From Lingula anatina (lineage: Eukaryota > Animalia > Brachiopoda), in NCBI GenBank assembly GCA_051362555.1, contig CM120643.1:8184001-8248000 (forward strand): DNA of 64,000 nucleotides, written 5' to 3'. The stretch's first letter is position 1. Every line of letters starts with the position of its first letter. Below are positions 41,922-64,000 of the stretch, piece after piece. The translations under genes and the position numbers were made by a program. The notes under the pieces are model-generated. The model was not told the DNA's origin, ran no database searches, and saw only the letters and a program-made list of their open reading frames with translations.

Positions 41922-43211
41922 TCAGTATATCACTTGGCTCGTTTCAGCATCAAATACTGTGCTAAAATTGCCAAATCCAACTTGGTGACCAAATGAACTG
42001 TTTTCACTGCATGCTTCCTCTGAACTTCCAACCACCTGGCTAAAGTCTCCCCCATGTCCCATCACACTGACAACACCAGTATCAACGGGTCCAAATTGCC
42101 TTAACACTGTGTTGTAGGAGGGTGGCAGAGGTGGGTTTGAACCTGGGTTAATGCTCACGGCAGGCGGGTGCACTCCTGTGGAAAGTGGGTGAGTATGTGG
42201 GTGCACTCCTGTGGAAAGTGGGTGAGTATGTGGGTGCATACCTGCTGCATCTGGGTGAGAACTTATTGCAGGCACATGTCTGCCTGGAATGTATGGTAGC
42301 TGTGAATGGTGCGACTGCGAGGCAAAGAGGTCCTCGTAGGCTGGAGGGGCGTCTAATTCCTGTGACTGGTTAATCCTTGAATAATCAGTGGTGATTTCAA
42401 ATATATTTCCTCTGAAACTGTTCAGCAGTGGTGATGCGGATACCTGATCTGACCAACCTATTCGGTCTGGAAGAATTTGGAATTGGTTATGATGGTTTAA
42501 AAGCAAAGCACCGTAATTATTGGCCAGTGCATTGTTTGTTCTGTATGCTCTATTCTCAATCATTTCTGGATATATTTCCCATATAGGTGTTCTTCTTCTT
42601 GTATTAGACAATGGAGCACGGTTCCTTTCTAAAATGCCTCGATCTTGTGCAGAAGAATCAGCTTCAATGGGATTATTTGCATCACCATGTTGGGCCAAAG
42701 CTATTGGATAATGCAAGTCATTTTGATTCTCCAAAAAGGAAAATGCAGCAGATTCTTCCCCGTAACACCTTTGCTGTGAAACTTGGTGGTTAAAGTGTGA
42801 ATAATCTGCACCACAGTTAGCCTGTGCACTTACTTCTGGGTTGTACAGTGAGTTCCCTTGGTCATCCTGTGAATTGCCCAGGTTTAGGTCTCTGTTGTTT
42901 TTATTCTTATTCTGGATTGCCAAATTCTGTAGGAATCCAACAGCATGAGGATTAACAAGGTACACATTTCTTCCCTCTTCCTCATCCTCCTCCTCAACCA
43001 CTTCTTCTTCCTCCTCCTCACTATAGAGAGGCGACACCCTGACCACTATGTTATTATTGCTGTTGTCAGCACCACTGTCCCTGAACAAAGGGTAATTAGG
43101 TGACCATGCTCGAATGCGAAGCTGAGCGTGAAGGAGTTCTCTGGCAGAGTTTGTGTATGAAGCTGAAGAATTGCTATTTTGATTACACTCTGTGGATTTA
43201 ACATTCCCCAT
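41922..43211 (-). CDS. Uncharacterised 429-aa low-complexity protein with N-terminal myristoylation motif (MGNVKS) and two PPxY motifs
   Basis: 1290-nt uninterrupted ORF in AT-rich DNA with an in-frame stop immediately upstream of the ATG. Plausible 5'UTR acceptor at ~43310 and donor at ~44330 in the promoter shared with LRRCC1. No family recognised. Confidence 0.75.
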   Translation of the reverse strand: MGNVKSTECNQNSNSSASYTNSARELLHAQLRIRAWSPNYPLFRDSGADNSNNNIVVRVSPLYSEEEEEEVVEEEDEEEGRNVYLVNPHAVGFLQNLAIQNKNKNNRDLNLGNSQDDQGNSLYNPEVSAQANCGADYSHFNHQVSQQRCYGEESAAFSFLENQNDLHYPIALAQHGDANNPIEADSSAQDRGILERNRAPLSNTRRRTPIWEIYPEMIENRAYRTNNALANNYGALLLNHHNQFQILPDRIGWSDQVSASPLLNSFRGNIFEITTDYSRINQSQELDAPPAYEDLFASQSHHSQLPYIPGRHVPAISSHPDAAGMHPHTHPLSTGVHPHTHPLSTGVHPPAVSINPGSNPPLPPSYNTVLRQFGPVDTGVVSVMGHGGDFSQVVGSSEEACSENSSFGHQVGFGNFSTVFDAETSQVIY

Positions 43212-44329
43212 CTAGTCTTTGGTCAGTAGAAGAACACTGTATGTGTGCTGATAAGCAATATGAAATCTGAAATGTAGGGTAGAAATTCTACTGTAATTTT
43301 CTTGCAACCTGCCAATAAAATATGTTATCATACCTTTGCCTTTGTTTTTTTTAGTATACATAAGGTACATGAAAGAGCAAGAGTATGATTGTAGACCAAC
43401 AAGTGCCACTTGTTATATAATCCAAAATATCTAAATCAACTGTAGCATCATCTACACCAGGAATTGATCCTTGATTTACATTGTCTGACAAGAATCTGGG
43501 TTACAAAGACATCAGTTGATATTGGTTCAATTTCACAACATTTCCTTCTTTTTTTTATTTTGAAGATATATCACAATGCGCCAGGGGTGCCACAGCAGCC
43601 ACTGTCCAGCTGCAGTACATGCTGACAAAGCTGTGAATTGGCCTGCTCACAGGTCACATATATGATATTATATGTCATTTAATTTTAGTGCTGTGTAATT
43701 TATACCATTTAAAAGTTCAGGAAATTTGCAATCTAATGGAAAAAACATGAAAACTGAATGATGCAAAGTATAGTTAATTTGATCCCCTGGTCAGTAGTCA
43801 CACATTTTTGGCTGAAAAGTGCGAACACTTTGGGCATAATATAGCAGTTAAAAAAAACTCTATATCTTTGTCGCTTGTAGTAATATTAAAAAAATTTCCA
43901 AAAGAATTGCAATTTGTTTTGCATTGCCTTTCAGAAGATATAAATATTATATTTTTCTGGTTAGTTCCAAATTTTTTCTGATATAGTCTACCTGTATTCT
44001 GTCAACAAACTCCATCATCATCATCAGATCAGTGAATAATTTTTGTATATTTTCATCAATAGTACAGTAACAAGCAAGACATGCGTACAGTGTATGTCAA
44101 ATTCTATTAACTTTATATGCATAATGACCGTCACAACAGCATAATCGATAACAATTTAGTCAAATTACTACATTTGCCAAACTTTTCTTTCGCAACATTT
44201 CACACATTAACGTGGACATCAACTTGATGGCACGTTTTGAGATAATCAACAACAACCATAGCGTCACTGTTTAATTGTAATAATAACTCTTAAAATGGAT
44301 AAATCTTGTTAAGTGTACAATAAAACGTA

Positions 44330-44529
44330 CCTTGAACTTGTTGAATGAACGGGACATAACGTCTTATACGTGTCACATCCTGAAACTTTACATAAACTTT
44401 CTTATTTTTGTTTCCTGTAGCTCTAATGAGGCATCGGCGTCAAGTGTTTTTCATTTTTTGTACGCATGCGCACTAGAAGCAGCGGTATCTTTGAGATGAA
44501 GGAACGTAAACAAAAAATATCACCCAAAG

Positions 44530-44530
<1 letters not shown>
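44330..44530. promoter_or_regulatory. Probable bidirectional promoter (429-aa ORF gene / LRRCC1)
   Basis: CpG-enriched ~200-bp gap between a minus-strand donor (AAG|GTACGT, ~44325-44333) and the LRRCC1 ATG; NRF1-like GCATGCGCA at ~44464-44472. Confidence 0.5.
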
Positions 44531-62319
<17,789 letters not shown>

Positions 62320-62554
62320 GTTTGTAAATCAAAGCTGATTTCAGCAGCTGTTTGTTGCTGGCTGAATTTGATTTTGTATCTGTGATGATGGTTTCTATTT
62401 GTGAGCATTGCTGAAATCTAGAAGTATTGCTGAAACCTGGGTCAAACCCGGCTTCTAGTATTATTGTCATGAATAATTGGTTCTTTAAAATAGTTCTTAG
62501 TCCTTTAAAATTGTAATGTGTTCTTATGTGAGTATTGTGTTATTTAGCTCTTTT

Positions 62555-62611
62555 AAGTGAATGTTGTAAGACGCATTGAGATTTTTAATGGAATGCGCCA
62601 TAGAAAAATAA

Positions 62612-62649
<38 letters not shown>

Positions 62650-62650
62650 C
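62555..62650 (+). mobile_element. 3' terminal remnant of a CR1/L2-type LINE or SINE
   Basis: TGTAAGACGCATTGAG...AATGCGCCATAGAAAAATAAAT(TAT)n resembles the 3' end of the LINE at 49607-49670. Confidence 0.45.
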
Positions 62651-64000
62651 CTTTATATGGCACGGTTTGTCAGGCACATGCATGTGCACACTTCTGATGA
62701 TATCTTCTGTCCTCTTAGCAACATTATCATCATCATTATGATTATTATAGATATGCTGTAGGTGGCTGTAAGTGTCTCAAAGTGATATCATTATGTCTAA
62801 ATATCCTGCAATTTGGAGTTACTGATCATTTCCAATTCAGACCTTATATATTACAAATGTTAAAACCCGTGTCAATACGTGTGCCTGATGCCAATTCTTT
62901 CTAATTTGTACAGGAAGGCTAAGTGGGTCAAAATATATGGAGGGCCTTTTCACTTTCATTATAGATTAGAACATGCCATTGTGTGCAAGAACTTTTAAAT
63001 GGTGATTTATCTATATATTATTATTATTATTATTAAAATCACACAATTATCAAGATTTAAGATCCAGTGAAACCCTTCAGTTTTATCAATGGCATCAAAG
63101 GGTGATACAGGTCAGACATAAAATCTTGTGACTCTATTCCCTTGACTTTGGAAGATTTGGTGGACAGGTAATGATAATGGTTTGTTTTTGTAAGAATTAA
63201 TTGTTCGCAGAAAGCATGTGTTTCATGTCTAATTTTAAATTATAAGAAAAAAATTAAAACTGATCTTATTGCAATCAGTGAGAGTCCCTGGGGAGTTGGA
63301 TCGATCTGCGTAAACTGATAGTTGCATTGGGAACGTGCCTTAAAACTCATGATTCAAAATTGGCCATGAACATTTTCATCAGAGACCGTATTCCCATGAC
63401 AGCTTTAATGCCTTGACAACCAACACTTTTGATATAATTGTTGAATTATCATCAACTTTATACTTTATTACGGATAATAGAGGAAGCACTTGGTAATCAG
63501 CGACTGTGTATAATAAGATCCCTGGAAACATTCAGGTAATTCACACTCAATCCATAGTAGTTACACAACTGTTAGTACTTACTAATAGCTTAGTATATTA
63601 TTGGCATTATGAATTGTATTCTGTATCAAGATATGCAGCGTTGACAGCTGGCAAATGTAAGAATTTATCTTTTATTATTATTATTATTATTATTGTACTG
63701 GACTCAACAAGGCAGTCCTCAATTTCACAACAAATCTTGGAACAGTTGTATTCAAACAGCGTGCGACTCTATTTGGCAGACAACCATATATTTTGTCTGA
63801 AACCATTATACAAAACCTGACAATTGTCAAACTGCATGCAACTTACACAAGGTCGTGTTAGGACATTAGGTCTTTTAACATTGAATAAAGATCTGATTCG
63901 CAGGAATTTTGGCAGAACGGTCATGTTCAGCAAACATTCACAGTTTTTGTAGAATATCCCATTACATCATTTATGTTGCCATGGTTTTAGCTCCTGCTTG

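Noticed and set aside
43212-43409. 65-aa ORF abutting the 429-aa ORF (possible readthrough or fusion)
   Set aside because: It has a non-ATG start, spans the likely intron acceptor at ~43310 and has no coding features.

Overview
AT-rich, intron-rich eukaryotic DNA, probably from an invertebrate. The repeat families resemble molluscan/lophotrochozoan ones, but the species cannot be fixed from the sequence. I assembled three spliced genes by hand with phase-consistent junctions: a 7-exon Gfo/Idh/MocA (inositol 2-dehydrogenase-like) oxidoreductase (minus, 10676-16972); an 18-exon paraplegin/SPG7 m-AAA protease (plus, ~21587-40484, ~795 aa, one probable GC-AG intron); and LRRCC1 (plus, from 44530, at least 22 exons, 3' end not found in the window). 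Head-to-head with LRRCC1 is an unrecognised intronless 429-aa ORF with an N-myristoylation motif and two PPxY motifs, the best candidate for a novel protein here. Introns and intergenic DNA hold many mobile elements: three families of non-autonomous Helentron/Helitron-like (HINE) elements (one carrying a 146-bp satellite of nuclear-receptor DR1 motifs), a 3.2-kb TA-target TIR element, several MITE families, a 5'-truncated CR1/L2 LINE lacking the YADD motif, and an RTE fragment. I found no rRNA, tRNA or CRISPR. All calls were made by eye without database searches.
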